A stretch of DNA of 64,000 nt from a bacterium. Lineage in GTDB: Bacteria > Patescibacteriota > Patescibacteriia > UBA9570. A program made the position numbers and the translations under genes. Below, piece by piece: positions 30,774 through 41,881 of the stretch. The notes beneath the pieces are model-generated. The model did no database searches. It saw only the letters and a program-made list of their open reading frames with translations, and was not told the DNA's origin. The stretch covers positions 4,179 to 68,178 of the forward strand of contig JAUYKW010000025.1 in the NCBI GenBank assembly GCA_030698395.1, given 5' to 3'. How positions within the stretch are numbered: position 1 is the stretch's first letter; each line of letters opens with the position of its first letter.

Positions 30774-31448
30774 ATGAAAAATCAATCAACAAAAACAATA
30801 TATATCTATAAAAATCCTTTAGTAGCAATATTTCTAGTAATTTTTTTAGTTGTTTGTTGGTTTTATCTAAACTCAACAATTTTTGGATTATACTCAGAAG
30901 AGGTGAACAACTTTATTTATAGCCTAGGAAAATGGTCACCCTTATTTATGATTGGTCTAATTATCTCTGAATATGTAATTGCACCATTGCCCGGTAGCTG
31001 GCTACCAATTGCATCAGGTTTTATTTTTGGTCCTTGGTTAGGTTTTGTATATTCATACATCGCAACTCTTTTAGGATCAATAATAGCTTTTGAAATTTCT
31101 AGACTTGTATTCCATCCTCTGATTAAAAACATTATTCAACCAGCCTGGCATGAAAAATTTAAAACCAAACTAAAATCAGTTAGTTGGGTAATTATACTAA
31201 TTTTTGCCCTACCATTATTCCCAGTGGATATTGTTGTTTGGATACTTGGTCTATTAAATATTGAACGAAAAAATTTCCTAATAATGGCGGCTATAGGATT
31301 AGTACCAAATATAGCCTTAACAAGTTTTTTAGGCACAAAAATAGCCTTCTCTCAATTTCAATATTTCTTAGTAATAACAACATTTATCATTATTGGTTTT
31401 ATCCTTGTAAACCAAATACGATTACGTCTTCAAAAAAAGCCTAGTTAA
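30774..31448 (+). CDS. DedA/TVP38 (SNARE-associated) family membrane protein
   Basis: LPGSWLPIASGFIFGPWLGFVYSYIATLLGSIIAFEISR motif region. Confidence 0.7.
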   Translation: MKNQSTKTIYIYKNPLVAIFLVIFLVVCWFYLNSTIFGLYSEEVNNFIYSLGKWSPLFMIGLIISEYVIAPLPGSWLPIASGFIFGPWLGFVYSYIATLLGSIIAFEISRLVFHPLIKNIIQPAWHEKFKTKLKSVSWVIILIFALPLFPVDIVVWILGLLNIERKNFLIMAAIGLVPNIALTSFLGTKIAFSQFQYFLVITTFIIIGFILVNQIRLRLQKKPS

Positions 31449-32561
31449 TTACCAAAGATCAGAGTATAACTCCAAACACTCTAAATCGCTTCCAACTTTA
31501 AAAGAATCTTTACCATCAATGGCCTCTGCTCCATACGGCGGGCAAACACTTTCTTTATCAATCAGAGTGCCGTCTTTTACTAGGCCGTAACTATAAGATA
31601 AGTAAGCGCTTGTAATAGGTGCCCAAGTATAGCCATCCCAAAATTCAAACCCACCAATAGTAAAAGGACCAAATTCAGGTAAATTATCCTTGCCTGGTTC
31701 ATTGGTAGTTAACTCCCAGAAAATATAAGAATTTCTCAAGGCTAAATCACAACTTCCTGTATAGGTTTTTCCAACCACTACATCGTTCACCCAAAATTCC
31801 CATTCACCTTCAACTGGATCCTGACATGTCATGGAGAAAGAGTTACTTTCGGATGTATCCCAATCATTAGAAACTAGCGGCTCTTGTAATCCATACAGAT
31901 AATTATCTTGATCATCCCACATTTCCCAGAAGTATCCCCATTCTGCATTACCATCGCCATCCGAATCATCCATCGCCATCAAGCCAATCTGTATAAAATA
32001 GTCATTATCCAATAAGGCACCTACCCATAATGAACCATCATTACCCTCTGATAATGGGGGGGTATTTTCCAACTCATCAACAGTAAATCTTACCGCTGGC
32101 CATTCCGTATCCGAACTGTCTACATCCGCATAAGCTCCTACTTGATATGCATATAAATCATCAGTTACTACATTTTCGTCAATTGAAAATCCCAAAGAAG
32201 ATCCATCTTCATCAACCAATTCTCCATTATCAAGCGCATCCACGCTATCATATTTATCTACAATATTTATATTAGTGTTGTAATTTTCGTTTGCATTATA
32301 ATCATACTCATCATAATCACTATTAAGATTATGGTTATAATTAGCATTATTCGTATCCAAATAAGAAGTATTGGTATTAACATTTAAATAAGTATCAACT
32401 GGATCGATATATTCTATATAAAGAAAATACCCGATTATTACTGCCACTATTAAAAACATAAAGCCAAACCATAAACAACCGATTGATCCCGCGATTAAGC
32501 ATCCAGTTCTTTTAGATTTACGCTGTAAATTGTTATTTTCTACCTTTGATTCTTCTATCAT
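31449..32561 (-). CDS. membrane-anchored, highly acidic, N/Y/D-rich extracellular protein, unknown function
   Basis: N-terminal TM helix, low-complexity N/Y/D segment, W/Y-rich C-terminal domain. Confidence 0.5.
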   Translation of the reverse strand: MIEESKVENNNLQRKSKRTGCLIAGSIGCLWFGFMFLIVAVIIGYFLYIEYIDPVDTYLNVNTNTSYLDTNNANYNHNLNSDYDEYDYNANENYNTNINIVDKYDSVDALDNGELVDEDGSSLGFSIDENVVTDDLYAYQVGAYADVDSSDTEWPAVRFTVDELENTPPLSEGNDGSLWVGALLDNDYFIQIGLMAMDDSDGDGNAEWGYFWEMWDDQDNYLYGLQEPLVSNDWDTSESNSFSMTCQDPVEGEWEFWVNDVVVGKTYTGSCDLALRNSYIFWELTTNEPGKDNLPEFGPFTIGGFEFWDGYTWAPITSAYLSYSYGLVKDGTLIDKESVCPPYGAEAIDGKDSFKVGSDLECLELYSDLW

Positions 32562-32619
32562 ATGTGGTTCAGTGTATCAAGATTGATTAAACTAGTAAAT
32601 TGCAGTAGGCTACATCCGT

Positions 32620-33564
32620 ATGAAAAAGAAAGGGAACACTATAATCCTCGTTTCATTCTCAATCTTAGTAATAGCCTTGGGTTTATTTGAAATATTTTTT
32701 TGGTTTGGAACGTCTTCTAATGATCTTGATGATGCAAAAGATAAGTTCATTACCGTACAAAATAATGATATTTACTATACTGTAAAAGGTAATGGACCGC
32801 CGGTACTTTTAATCCACTCGGGTAGTTGGTCTGGTGTTGAATATGATGGTATTATTGAGCAATTAAAATCAAATTACACCGTTTATGCTGTTGATATGCC
32901 AGGCTTTGGTAGGAGTGACAAACCGCAAACAAGTTACACTGTATCTTATTTGACCGAACAAATGTCTGGATTTATCGATAAATTTCCAGAAAAAGAATTC
33001 CATCTTGTAGGTGCTTCCGTTGGTGGAAGTATAGCTCTGCAACTTGCGGCTAATCATCCTAAACAAATTAAAACTTTAACTCTAATTGATCCCTTTGGAT
33101 TTGGAGATGATATTAATCAAACTGCAGTTTTAGCACAACTCCCAATACTTTCAGAGCTAGTTCTTTTTCCAAACCGCTTTACCTTTAATTACATTTTAAA
33201 TCACGGATTATTATCTAACAAAGCTTTAGATGATGATTACCGTGATAAATTATTTACTACTACTAAAGTTCCTAAAGCACAACGGGCAAAATTATCCTTA
33301 CTACGATCCACTATCACAGGCCGCGGTGTTCATAAGGATGTACGTACAGCAGTAGATGAAGCCGCAAAAAAAGTAAAGCAACCCGTTTTACTAATTTGGG
33401 GTGAACACGACACCTATGCACCTTTCGAACAGAGTGAAGCTGCTTTAAAAATAATTTCCAAATCTCAATTAAAATCTCTGCCCAAGGCTGGTCACTTCGC
33501 TCATATGGAAGCACCGCAACAGGTAGCCAAATATATTAATTCTTTTTTGAAGAATAAAAAATAG
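32620..33564 (+). CDS. alpha/beta-fold hydrolase
   Basis: HSGSWSG oxyanion-region loop, GASVGG nucleophile elbow, C-terminal GHF..H. Confidence 0.8.
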   Translation: MKKKGNTIILVSFSILVIALGLFEIFFWFGTSSNDLDDAKDKFITVQNNDIYYTVKGNGPPVLLIHSGSWSGVEYDGIIEQLKSNYTVYAVDMPGFGRSDKPQTSYTVSYLTEQMSGFIDKFPEKEFHLVGASVGGSIALQLAANHPKQIKTLTLIDPFGFGDDINQTAVLAQLPILSELVLFPNRFTFNYILNHGLLSNKALDDDYRDKLFTTTKVPKAQRAKLSLLRSTITGRGVHKDVRTAVDEAAKKVKQPVLLIWGEHDTYAPFEQSEAALKIISKSQLKSLPKAGHFAHMEAPQQVAKYINSFLKNKK

Positions 33565-33859
33565 ATTTCTATTGAAAACTATGTGTTTTTTTATCTGTAA
33601 TAAATTAGTGTTCAAACGCTACTTTTGAAAAACTCAATTATCAAGCAAATGTAGACTTACACACAGTTTATAGGCTTAACCCACAGGTTATCCACTGTTA
33701 TATAAACATTATTATCCCCTAAAAGCACAATAGCCTTGATTTAAAGGCTTTTATAGCATATAATGTTCGTTGCCACATTTGTTCGCCTGTTCGGCAGCTT
33801 TGGCTTCTGATAAGGCGTGCTGTGACCAAGCATATCCCCTTAAATAAGGGAATGCTTCG

Positions 33860-33932
33860 GCGGGTGTCGTATAATGGCTTATTATGTCTGCCTTCCAAGC
33901 AGAAGACGTCAGTTCGATTCTGATCACCCGCT
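33860..33932 (+). tRNA. tRNA-Gly (anticodon UCC)
   Basis: Close to the E. coli tRNA-Gly(UCC) layout; anticodon loop CTTCCAA, T-loop TTCGATT. The ORF-track 33751..33951 hit is spurious. Confidence 0.85.
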
Positions 33933-34018
33933 CATTGATCTCTTCCACCATTGACCAAAAAATTGAGGGAGGGGTATACTTCGTGTAATAGACTGACTTT
34001 AAGTCGAGCGACTAATCA

Positions 34019-35924
34019 TTGTATATCCTAAAAACTATGATCACTCGTATGTTACGCATTACAGGTATGGTGATACCTATATCACTTTTTACATTTGCGT
34101 TATCTAGTAACGCTGCACTGGCCGACCCTTGGACGGATGGTAGTAGTTCAGTGTATGTAACAGATACCAGTGATAAAGCAGGTATTGGGACAACAACTCC
34201 AGCAACACAACTTGAAGTGAACCACGATGCCAATTCATATTGGGGATTACGGCTGAAGAATACATATTCAGGAGGACACTCATGGACAATGGGTGATGGA
34301 AAATCTGCTCATGGTGGATTTTCAATTTATGATGATACAGCTGCAGCTGATCGTTTGTTTATTGCGAGTACGGGAAAGATTGGCATTGGATCCAGCAGTC
34401 CGAGCCGTTTATTGCATTTAAAAAATTCTGCATCAGATACCGGTATCCGTATTGAAAGTACGGGAACCAATGCTGACTTTTTACTATATTCAGGTGTAGG
34501 TAGCGCGGATAAATTTGGTATTTACGACGAGGATGCCAGTTTAGATAGGTTGGTGATTGATAGCTCCGGTAATGTTGGTATTGGCACTACTAGCCCTAGT
34601 TATAAACTAGATGTGAATGGTGATATTGGTGTGAATGAAACTTTGTATGGACCTGCCTCAACTGCATTAACACTACAATCAGCAACTGGAAGGGCAATGA
34701 TATTTAATACAAATGGAAGTAATGAGAGGATGCGGGATAACTAGTGATGGCGATGTATTAGTGGAAGGCCAATTAGGCGTAGAAAACGCAACACCCAATA
34801 TCGATTTAGCCATTGGTGATAATGATACAGGCATTGAACAAGTATCAGATGGTATTCTCACAATACTTACAAACAACTCTGAAGTATTACGAATGAATAC
34901 AAGTCAGGATGTACGCATTGGTAGCTCAACTGGTTCAGGTAGATTATATGTCACAAAAGATGATCAATGGGCAATGTATGGTCTAAGTTCTGCGGGTAGT
35001 GATGATTATGGTGGCATTTATGGTGAGGCTAGTAATAGTGGTAATTATAACGCCACGGGAATTTTCGGTGTTACAAAGGGACATGGGAATGTAAATGGCC
35101 AACCACTTGGCGTTCGGGGAGATGCACGCTATACAGGTAGTCCATCTGGAGGACAATTTGGAGTTTTAGGGTACAATTATTCTCAAGGAAATGGTACTGC
35201 TGTTGATAGTGCGGGCGTTTGGGGCGGATCAGTTGGAACACCAGGCTCCGAAGCTGAATTCGCAACTTATGGCAATGGGGTTCAGGGAGAAACTTATTCA
35301 AAAGCTAATACTGCTGGTGGAGGAATCTTTTACTCTTTATCTGATGATGGTGACGCTGATGGCGTTGTAGGTCAAACGGCCTCAAGTAGTGGGAATTCAT
35401 ACGGAGTTTATTCAAGTGGTAAATTTGGAGCTTCTGGCACAAAGTCTGCTGTTGTTTATACTGAAACACAAGGACCAACTGAGTTGTATGCCGAAGAAGC
35501 AACCGAGGTATGGTTTACAGACTATGGTGAAGGTAAACTGACAGATAGTTACACAAAAATTGACCTCGACCCTCTATTCCTAGAAACTGTAACAATTAAT
35601 GAGGATGAGCCAATGCAAGTATTCACGCAAAGTTATAGCTATGCTACTCTATATGTAACGAGAAATAACGATTCATTTGAAGTACATAGTATATCAGGTG
35701 AAAAAGATGCTAGTTTTGGATACAGAGTTGTGGCAAAAAGAAAATACTTTGAGAATGAACGAATGCAATCTACCAAAGCAGTTATAGACAGATTTATGCG
35801 ACCAGATTTAGATGAACCTGGACTTGAAGCACTAAATGAAAGTTGGAGTATTGATTATTTTACTGTTGATGAATTGTTGCCAGATTTAAAGGCAGAACCT
35901 GAGAAGATGTTAATTATGGATTAA
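34019..35924 (+). CDS. phage tail-fibre-like repeat protein, split into two overlapping frames (34019-34744 and 34713-35924) by an apparent frameshift
   Basis: Repeats of ..G(K/N)(I/V)GIG(T/S)(T/S)SPS..L.V... that I recall from tail-fibre-domain proteins (recollection, not checked). Both ORFs belong to the same repeat family and overlap by 32 nt in different frames. Confidence 0.5.
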
Positions 35925-35955
35925 TTCACCATATACGTAATAAGATAAATAATTT

Positions 35956-36990
35956 ATGGTTATGCACTTTAAAACCAAGTATTCTATAAGTAGCTTATTT
36001 TTGTTACTAGCATTTTTTATTCCACATTTTGCAACCGCAAGTACGCAAAGTACCATTGGTGTTTTTAGAGAAGATAATCTGAATTATAAGATATTTGATC
36101 CAAGTAATGGTGATGAAATTACTTCAAGTACTTTAGAAAGTAAAATAAATAGTTTCAAAAATAATGATTTTGAGATCAAAGACATGCTTTCTAATGAAGG
36201 TGCTGAATGGGTAACAGATACTGATGATGGCAAGCTTGGAATATATAACCAATCATTTGATTTGATTGATCAATTTAATGTTTTTTCAAATTATAGCAGA
36301 CCAATGGCAATTGCAATCGGAAACGTATCAACTGATTACAATGGCCCAGAAATTATTGTCTGTAAAAGCAGCTCCTCCGTACCTAGACTAAAAGTGTTTT
36401 CATATTCGAGTGGTGGGGTTGAAGAAAAAATACTTGGGTTTAAACCATTTGGAGACGGTAGTGCACATGATAGAGGATGTCTTGAGTTGGGAGTTGGTGA
36501 TTTTGATGGTGATGGAGATAACGAAATAATTACATTTAGGGGACATGAAAAAGGAGGTGATATTCAAGTGAAAATTTTTGACAATAATGCTGATCTTGAA
36601 AGCACATTTGAAATACCTGAATCTCTCTATGAGTGGAGCTTAAATGAAAACACGGAGCATATGATGGTAGCAAATATTAATAGTACCAATAAAGACGAGA
36701 TTATTTTTCAAGGAGGCACATATATGGTATATGCTTACAACAGTGAGGGTAATCAGCTATATAAATTTAATTCTCAAAAATATAACGGAAAATATATTAA
36801 AAAAATCGATGTCAGTGATATCGATGGAGATGGTGTCGCAGAAGTAGTGGTACAACAAATGGGGAAAAAAGTGCCGATTGTAATTCTTAACAAAAATGGA
36901 GAAGTTGAAAATTCATACAACTTATATCCAAATGCGACATCTAAAGCGGCACGATTTATGTTCCTTGGTCAATTTAGCACGGGATTGTAA
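35956..36990 (+). CDS. secreted FG-GAP/VCBS-like repeat protein
   Basis: Signal peptide; GVGDFDGDGDNEIITF and IDVSDIDGDGVAEVVV repeats. Confidence 0.6.
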   Translation: MVMHFKTKYSISSLFLLLAFFIPHFATASTQSTIGVFREDNLNYKIFDPSNGDEITSSTLESKINSFKNNDFEIKDMLSNEGAEWVTDTDDGKLGIYNQSFDLIDQFNVFSNYSRPMAIAIGNVSTDYNGPEIIVCKSSSSVPRLKVFSYSSGGVEEKILGFKPFGDGSAHDRGCLELGVGDFDGDGDNEIITFRGHEKGGDIQVKIFDNNADLESTFEIPESLYEWSLNENTEHMMVANINSTNKDEIIFQGGTYMVYAYNSEGNQLYKFNSQKYNGKYIKKIDVSDIDGDGVAEVVVQQMGKKVPIVILNKNGEVENSYNLYPNATSKAARFMFLGQFSTGL

Positions 36991-37124
36991 AAAGTTAAAG
37001 ATAGAGTGAGTTGAAGGGTGGGTGTTTACTAAGAATGACTCAAATTAGGTAATTCCAAAGCGTCGGAAAGCTCTATAGCAGTTCTAACGTCCTCTACGAA
37101 AGAGCTCAAAATTATAAAATAATT

Positions 37125-37388
37125 TTGAGCGTCCACTTAATTACTAATGGACGTTTTATGTTTTATACTTACATTCTACGAAGTCTGATCGATCAACGAA
37201 CTTACGTTGGTCATACAAATAATATTAAAAATAGAGTAAATAGACATAATTCTGTCTTGGTTAAGTCTACTAAAACAAGATGTCCTCTTAAACTAATCTA
37301 TCTAGAACAACATTCTACATTACAAAAAGCTAAACCTCCCGTATTCGACACTCATCTTTGGATATGCAACGGAATAACTCTTTCGTAA
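37125..37388 (+). CDS. GIY-YIG nuclease-domain protein (YhbQ/UPF0213-like), divergent C-terminus
   Basis: FYTYILRS...RTYVGHTNNIKNRVNRHN matches the GIY-YIG core. The likely start is the internal Met at 37158. Confidence 0.65.
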   Translation: MSVHLITNGRFMFYTYILRSLIDQRTYVGHTNNIKNRVNRHNSVLVKSTKTRCPLKLIYLEQHSTLQKAKPPVFDTHLWICNGITLS

Positions 37389-37507
37389 CATTAAACCAAG
37401 GATAAAGAATAGAAGTCTGTACTTTCAAACCTCACAACTTAATTATTTTATAGTATGATTTAAATAATACTTCACTGATAGAAAAAATAATGTACAATTA
37501 AATTACT

Positions 37508-37987
37508 ATGAGTCCAGAAAAATTACCAACAAGTGAAATACAACGCTTAACTCAATTTTCAAGGCTACTCGAACGCGCACACCAACAGTCCGAAGCTGAC
37601 TTAGTCATCAGATTAGAAAAAGATCCTGTTCCTACTGAGGAAGAGGTAATGCTGGGTGCATTTAGAGAAATGATTGAGCCAGAAGTACGTGATGCAGTTT
37701 TTGAAATGCTCCATAAAGGCTATGCCCCTGAATCTTCAGGATATGCTGGAAAGCATGGTGAGCGCCAACAAATTGATGGGTACTTTTTGATAGATCCAGA
37801 TACAAAGAAAGAAATTGAGGCTCTAGGTACGTCATTATCTGTAACGACATATGATGAACTCTCCCCGCATGGATCTAAAAAAATGAAACTAGTATTAGAT
37901 TCAAACCGCAGCAACCAAACTCTCAAAGGATTAAACAAACATGGGACCAGATTGTTGCGCTCTTACCAGACCGCGGAATCCCAATAG
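37508..37987 (+). CDS. hypothetical protein
   Basis: 159-aa ORF; no recognised domain. An in-frame-shifted extension ORF follows. Confidence 0.4.
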   Translation: MSPEKLPTSEIQRLTQFSRLLERAHQQSEADLVIRLEKDPVPTEEEVMLGAFREMIEPEVRDAVFEMLHKGYAPESSGYAGKHGERQQIDGYFLIDPDTKKEIEALGTSLSVTTYDELSPHGSKKMKLVLDSNRSNQTLKGLNKHGTRLLRSYQTAESQ

Positions 37988-38199
37988 AACCATCAATTAA
38001 CGGTGATCCAGAAACGTTTTTTCAACAATATAACATTGATCGACCTGATATTTTAATTAGTATTTATAAAAAAAGAATTGACCTAGTTGATACACACCCT
38101 GATGAAATTAATAGAATGCAAGCTATAATCGAGGAACTGCAGAAAACCTCATTATAAAAATATCAATTGGTTTAATATTGTAAGCATTCTTGCTATGCT

Positions 38200-39978
38200 A
38201 TGAATGCCATGGCTAAAAATGTAACTCGACTAACAATTCAACTCTATTGGCAATATGTTAGAAAGCAAGAAGGATTGCTAGCATTTGTATTGATTGGAAT
38301 TTTTACTGGTACTGCATCAAATGTTGGTATTTACTATGTTTTCAAATTGATTGTAGATCGCATCTCAGCGACAGGTGCACCAATTGATTTTGCAAACATC
38401 ATTAGTCTACTAATACCGTTAGCATTATTTTTAATCATAAACATGTTAGGATGGCGCACTGGATTGTACGCGCTATCTATACTTGAGCCAAAAGTAATGG
38501 CTGAACTAGTAGAACGAAGTTTCTATGAAATTCATAAACATTCCTTCAACTTCTTTAGTAATGAATTTGTTGGTTCACTTGTAAAAAAAGTAACTCGCCT
38601 GGGACGCTCCGTGGAAAATTTTATCGACATCGTTGCCGTTGATATGTTCCAAATGCTGATTCGTCTGACATTGGTAGTAGTTATATTATATATCCTGAGT
38701 CCGATACTAGGTACCATAATGTTAGTTTGGGCCATACTATTTATAATAGTAAATTACGTGGCAAGTACTTACAAACTTGAACACTACGATAAACCCCGAC
38801 TTCAAGCTGACAGTAATGTAACTGGTCAATTGGCTGATACAATTTCCAACAGCGCGAACATCAAACTCTTCTCAACTCGACATTACGAACAACAAAGATT
38901 TAGCGAAGCTAGTCAGGATTGGCGACATAAAACTACTCGCACATGGATTTTTTCCCAACACATTGAGTTTATTCAAAACGCCATGATGATTGCACTTGAA
39001 CTTATATTGATTTATATCTCTCTCAAATTATGGCAGAAAGGTGTACTATCCATCGGTGATTTTGTACTGATTCAAAGCTATCTAACGGAAATGTTTATAT
39101 TTATCTGGGATTTTGGTCGTAATGTTGAGCGCATGTATGAAGCATTTGCTGATGCTCAAGAAATGGTAGAGATTATTAATACGCCACATGAAATTCGTGA
39201 TACCAATAATGCCAAACCTATTAAGCTTGCAAATGGTAAGATTATCTTTCAAGATGTCACGTTCTCATATCATGAAAATGAACATGTCATTAGCAAACTA
39301 AATTTAACTATACCAGCTGGAGAAACGGTTGCATTAATAGGCCCATCGGGTGGTGGCAAAACAACTATTATTAAATTACTCATTCGTCTGTACGACCTGG
39401 ATGGTGGAAAGATCCTGCTTGATGATCAGAATATTGCCGAAGTTACCCAAGATAGTCTCAGATCTCAAATAGCTTTAGTACCGCAGGATGCAATACTATT
39501 TCATCGATCACTAATGGATAATATTCGTTATGGCAGGCTAACTGCTACCGACGAAGAAGTAATTGAAGCTGCCAAGCAAGCTTACTGCCATAAATTCATC
39601 AACAACTTTGAAAAAGGGTATAACACCCTGGTTGGCGAACGTGGAGTTAAATTATCCGGGGGAGAACGACAACGTATTGCAATAGCTCGTGCAATTCTTA
39701 GCAACGCTAAAATATTAGTTCTAGATGAAGCAACTAGTAATCTCGACGTTCATTCGGAAAAACTTATTCAAGCAGCTCTCCAAAATTTAAAAAAAAATAA
39801 AACCACGATAATAATCGCTCATCGCCTCTCTACCGTACGAAATGCAAATCACATTATTGCCATGGAAGATGGTAAAATTGCTGAACAAGGAAATCATGAC
39901 GAGCTATTACAAAAACAAGGATTATACTATTCTCTCTGGCAACTAAATAATACTGGACAACCCGTTAGCATAAAGTAA
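38200..39978 (+). CDS. ABC exporter, fused permease/ATP-binding protein (MsbA/LmrA-like)
   Basis: 6-TM domain plus NBD with GPSGGGKTT, LSGGERQRIAIARAIL and ILVLDEATS motifs. Confidence 0.9.
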   Translation: MNAMAKNVTRLTIQLYWQYVRKQEGLLAFVLIGIFTGTASNVGIYYVFKLIVDRISATGAPIDFANIISLLIPLALFLIINMLGWRTGLYALSILEPKVMAELVERSFYEIHKHSFNFFSNEFVGSLVKKVTRLGRSVENFIDIVAVDMFQMLIRLTLVVVILYILSPILGTIMLVWAILFIIVNYVASTYKLEHYDKPRLQADSNVTGQLADTISNSANIKLFSTRHYEQQRFSEASQDWRHKTTRTWIFSQHIEFIQNAMMIALELILIYISLKLWQKGVLSIGDFVLIQSYLTEMFIFIWDFGRNVERMYEAFADAQEMVEIINTPHEIRDTNNAKPIKLANGKIIFQDVTFSYHENEHVISKLNLTIPAGETVALIGPSGGGKTTIIKLLIRLYDLDGGKILLDDQNIAEVTQDSLRSQIALVPQDAILFHRSLMDNIRYGRLTATDEEVIEAAKQAYCHKFINNFEKGYNTLVGERGVKLSGGERQRIAIARAILSNAKILVLDEATSNLDVHSEKLIQAALQNLKKNKTTIIIAHRLSTVRNANHIIAMEDGKIAEQGNHDELLQKQGLYYSLWQLNNTGQPVSIK

Positions 39979-40053
39979 TTTCAGAAATACTAATATTATC
40001 TTAAACAAAAAACACCAGCTGTAATAGGTTGGTGTTTTTGGAATATGAATTAG

Positions 40054-40686
40054 CTATTTTCTCCTATGCGTACCTATCACAAAAAATATTACTGCCATAA
40101 AAATTATTGAGGGCACCACAATATAAGGTAAAGCTTTTCGCCAAAAAGGTCTTCCGGCTTTTTCAACATCTTTCTCCGTATATTCACCTTGATTGATTTT
40201 ATCAATCACAACTTTATCTTCTTTAGTATTAATAGATATTTCATAATCAATTTTCTTGCCATCACGAATTGCTAAATTAATATCTTCCAATAAATAAGAA
40301 AATTCTACATCTGCTTTATTATCTTTATAATACTTCGTTGTATCAACTGAAGATTCTAAAATATCTTTAGGAACTTTATCAGCTAATTTTTCTAAGTAAA
40401 ATTCTGGCTTATTTTTTTTATAATCCGTTTTCGAAAAAGATGCATATCCACATTCACCTTTATTACAACTATCCACTATTCTTTCAAAGTTCTTCTTTTT
40501 ATTCTTGGCGGTTCCTTCTAAAATGCGAGTTCTAACTACGTAGGATGAATTAACTTTTCTACCATTAACCTTTACTGTTAATACTGGTACATAATCAACT
40601 GATGTTGCAGAAACGCTAGACACACCAAATAAGGCAAGATTACTTACAATTATACCTATAGTTAATATCTGCAATGTTTTTTTCAT
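40054..40686 (-). CDS. hypothetical exported protein with a C-terminal TM anchor
   Basis: Signal peptide, Lys-rich body, C-terminal hydrophobic helix. Confidence 0.45.
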   Translation of the reverse strand: MKKTLQILTIGIIVSNLALFGVSSVSATSVDYVPVLTVKVNGRKVNSSYVVRTRILEGTAKNKKKNFERIVDSCNKGECGYASFSKTDYKKNKPEFYLEKLADKVPKDILESSVDTTKYYKDNKADVEFSYLLEDINLAIRDGKKIDYEISINTKEDKVVIDKINQGEYTEKDVEKAGRPFWRKALPYIVVPSIIFMAVIFFVIGTHRRK

Positions 40687-40764
40687 AATACTGGTTTAAT
40701 CCTGTTTATTTATTTTATTAAATTATTCATATCTTCTGAAGCAAGCTTGAAATTTGATTGCGCA

Positions 40765-41112
40765 TCATATTAGCAAACCAATCAAAAAACTGCAACTATT
40801 CATGAAAATCCCAGCAATTAGTGCTTGTAACCATTTTTTTCGAAAAATAATAGCCAAAATCAATCCTTCAACAAGTGCAATCATGATTTCTAACAAAATT
40901 AGTGTATCTGCCGGAGTACCCCAAGCAGTAGGATTTTTCATATACCAAAACCAAGTAATAGGATGTACAACAGCATTGATCAAAAATACAATAAAAAATA
41001 CTGATCTCTGCTTAATGATAAACCAAGCAATCGGCATTTCTATAATATTCGTAAGAACAAATGCTAACCAATAACTCATGTAATAGATATTACCCTCTTT
41101 TTGATAACTCAA
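40765..41112 (-). CDS. small hydrophobic membrane protein
   Basis: TM-rich 115-aa ORF; preferred over the overlapping plus-strand ORF 40754..41074 on hydropathy. Confidence 0.35.
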   Translation of the reverse strand: MSYQKEGNIYYMSYWLAFVLTNIIEMPIAWFIIKQRSVFFIVFLINAVVHPITWFWYMKNPTAWGTPADTLILLEIMIALVEGLILAIIFRKKWLQALIAGIFMNSCSFLIGLLI

Positions 41113-41276
41113 CCACTCTAGTGGTTTTAAACATACTGACGCAGTATCTCTACTGTTCGAATATTATATTAACGAATACCCTCAAAAGAGTAAAGATAAA
41201 ATTTTATATTTTCTGCTAATAACAAAAAACAGACTACAATTTACGCAGTCTGTTTAATTTTACTCTTTCTTAATCT

Positions 41277-41828
41277 CTATCTATGAAGTACTAGTGGCTC
41301 CTCCGGTTTATCAGTTGGATAAATAGTTATTTGTCCTTCAGTAGTTGTATCAACAGTTAATTTTCCTATTTCAGATGATAATTCCTCTGGAGTAGGCTCT
41401 TCCTCAGCAGCCATAGCAGCTCCTGTTGCTTCCCATGTGAAATTTGATAGTACTAGATTATAAACACCATCAGCTCCACTTTCTTCACTATAGTCTGATG
41501 TAATGTTTAAAGATCCGTTTGTTTCTACTTCCTGTGCTCCATTTGTTTCTTCTGCTCCTTCTTCATCTAAACCAGCAAGTTGTTCAGCCATTTCAGGTGA
41601 TAATTCAAGTGTTGTATCCCACTCATATTTACCATCAACAAAACTCATGCTAATAGAAGATGTTACACCTTCTTGACTGTCAGATTCTGTCCAAACTCCT
41701 GCATAAGGAACTCCCTGAGAAGTATCCGTAGTTGTTGTATCTGTTGTCTGGCCACAACTTGCTCCGATTAGCAATAAAACGCCCAAAACAGCTCCTAATC
41801 CACCCTTAATTAAAGTATTTCTTCGCAT
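41277..41828 (-). CDS. lipoprotein, acidic, unknown function
   Basis: Signal peptide with lipobox LIGASC. Confidence 0.55.
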   Translation of the reverse strand: MRRNTLIKGGLGAVLGVLLLIGASCGQTTDTTTTDTSQGVPYAGVWTESDSQEGVTSSISMSFVDGKYEWDTTLELSPEMAEQLAGLDEEGAEETNGAQEVETNGSLNITSDYSEESGADGVYNLVLSNFTWEATGAAMAAEEEPTPEELSSEIGKLTVDTTTEGQITIYPTDKPEEPLVLHR

Positions 41829-41881
41829 ATTTTATAGTTAATTTTTAATAGAAATAGTATATCATCTAATGTGCATTAAAG

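Noticed and set aside
33751-33951. 66-aa minus-strand ORF
   Set aside because: It overlaps tRNA-Gly(UCC) (33860-33932) and its leader hairpin; an RNA gene explains the region.
40754-41074. Plus-strand 106-aa ORF overlapping the minus-strand membrane ORF
   Set aside because: The minus-strand frame yields coherent TM helices; the plus-strand product is low-complexity. Only one is likely real, and even that one is low confidence.
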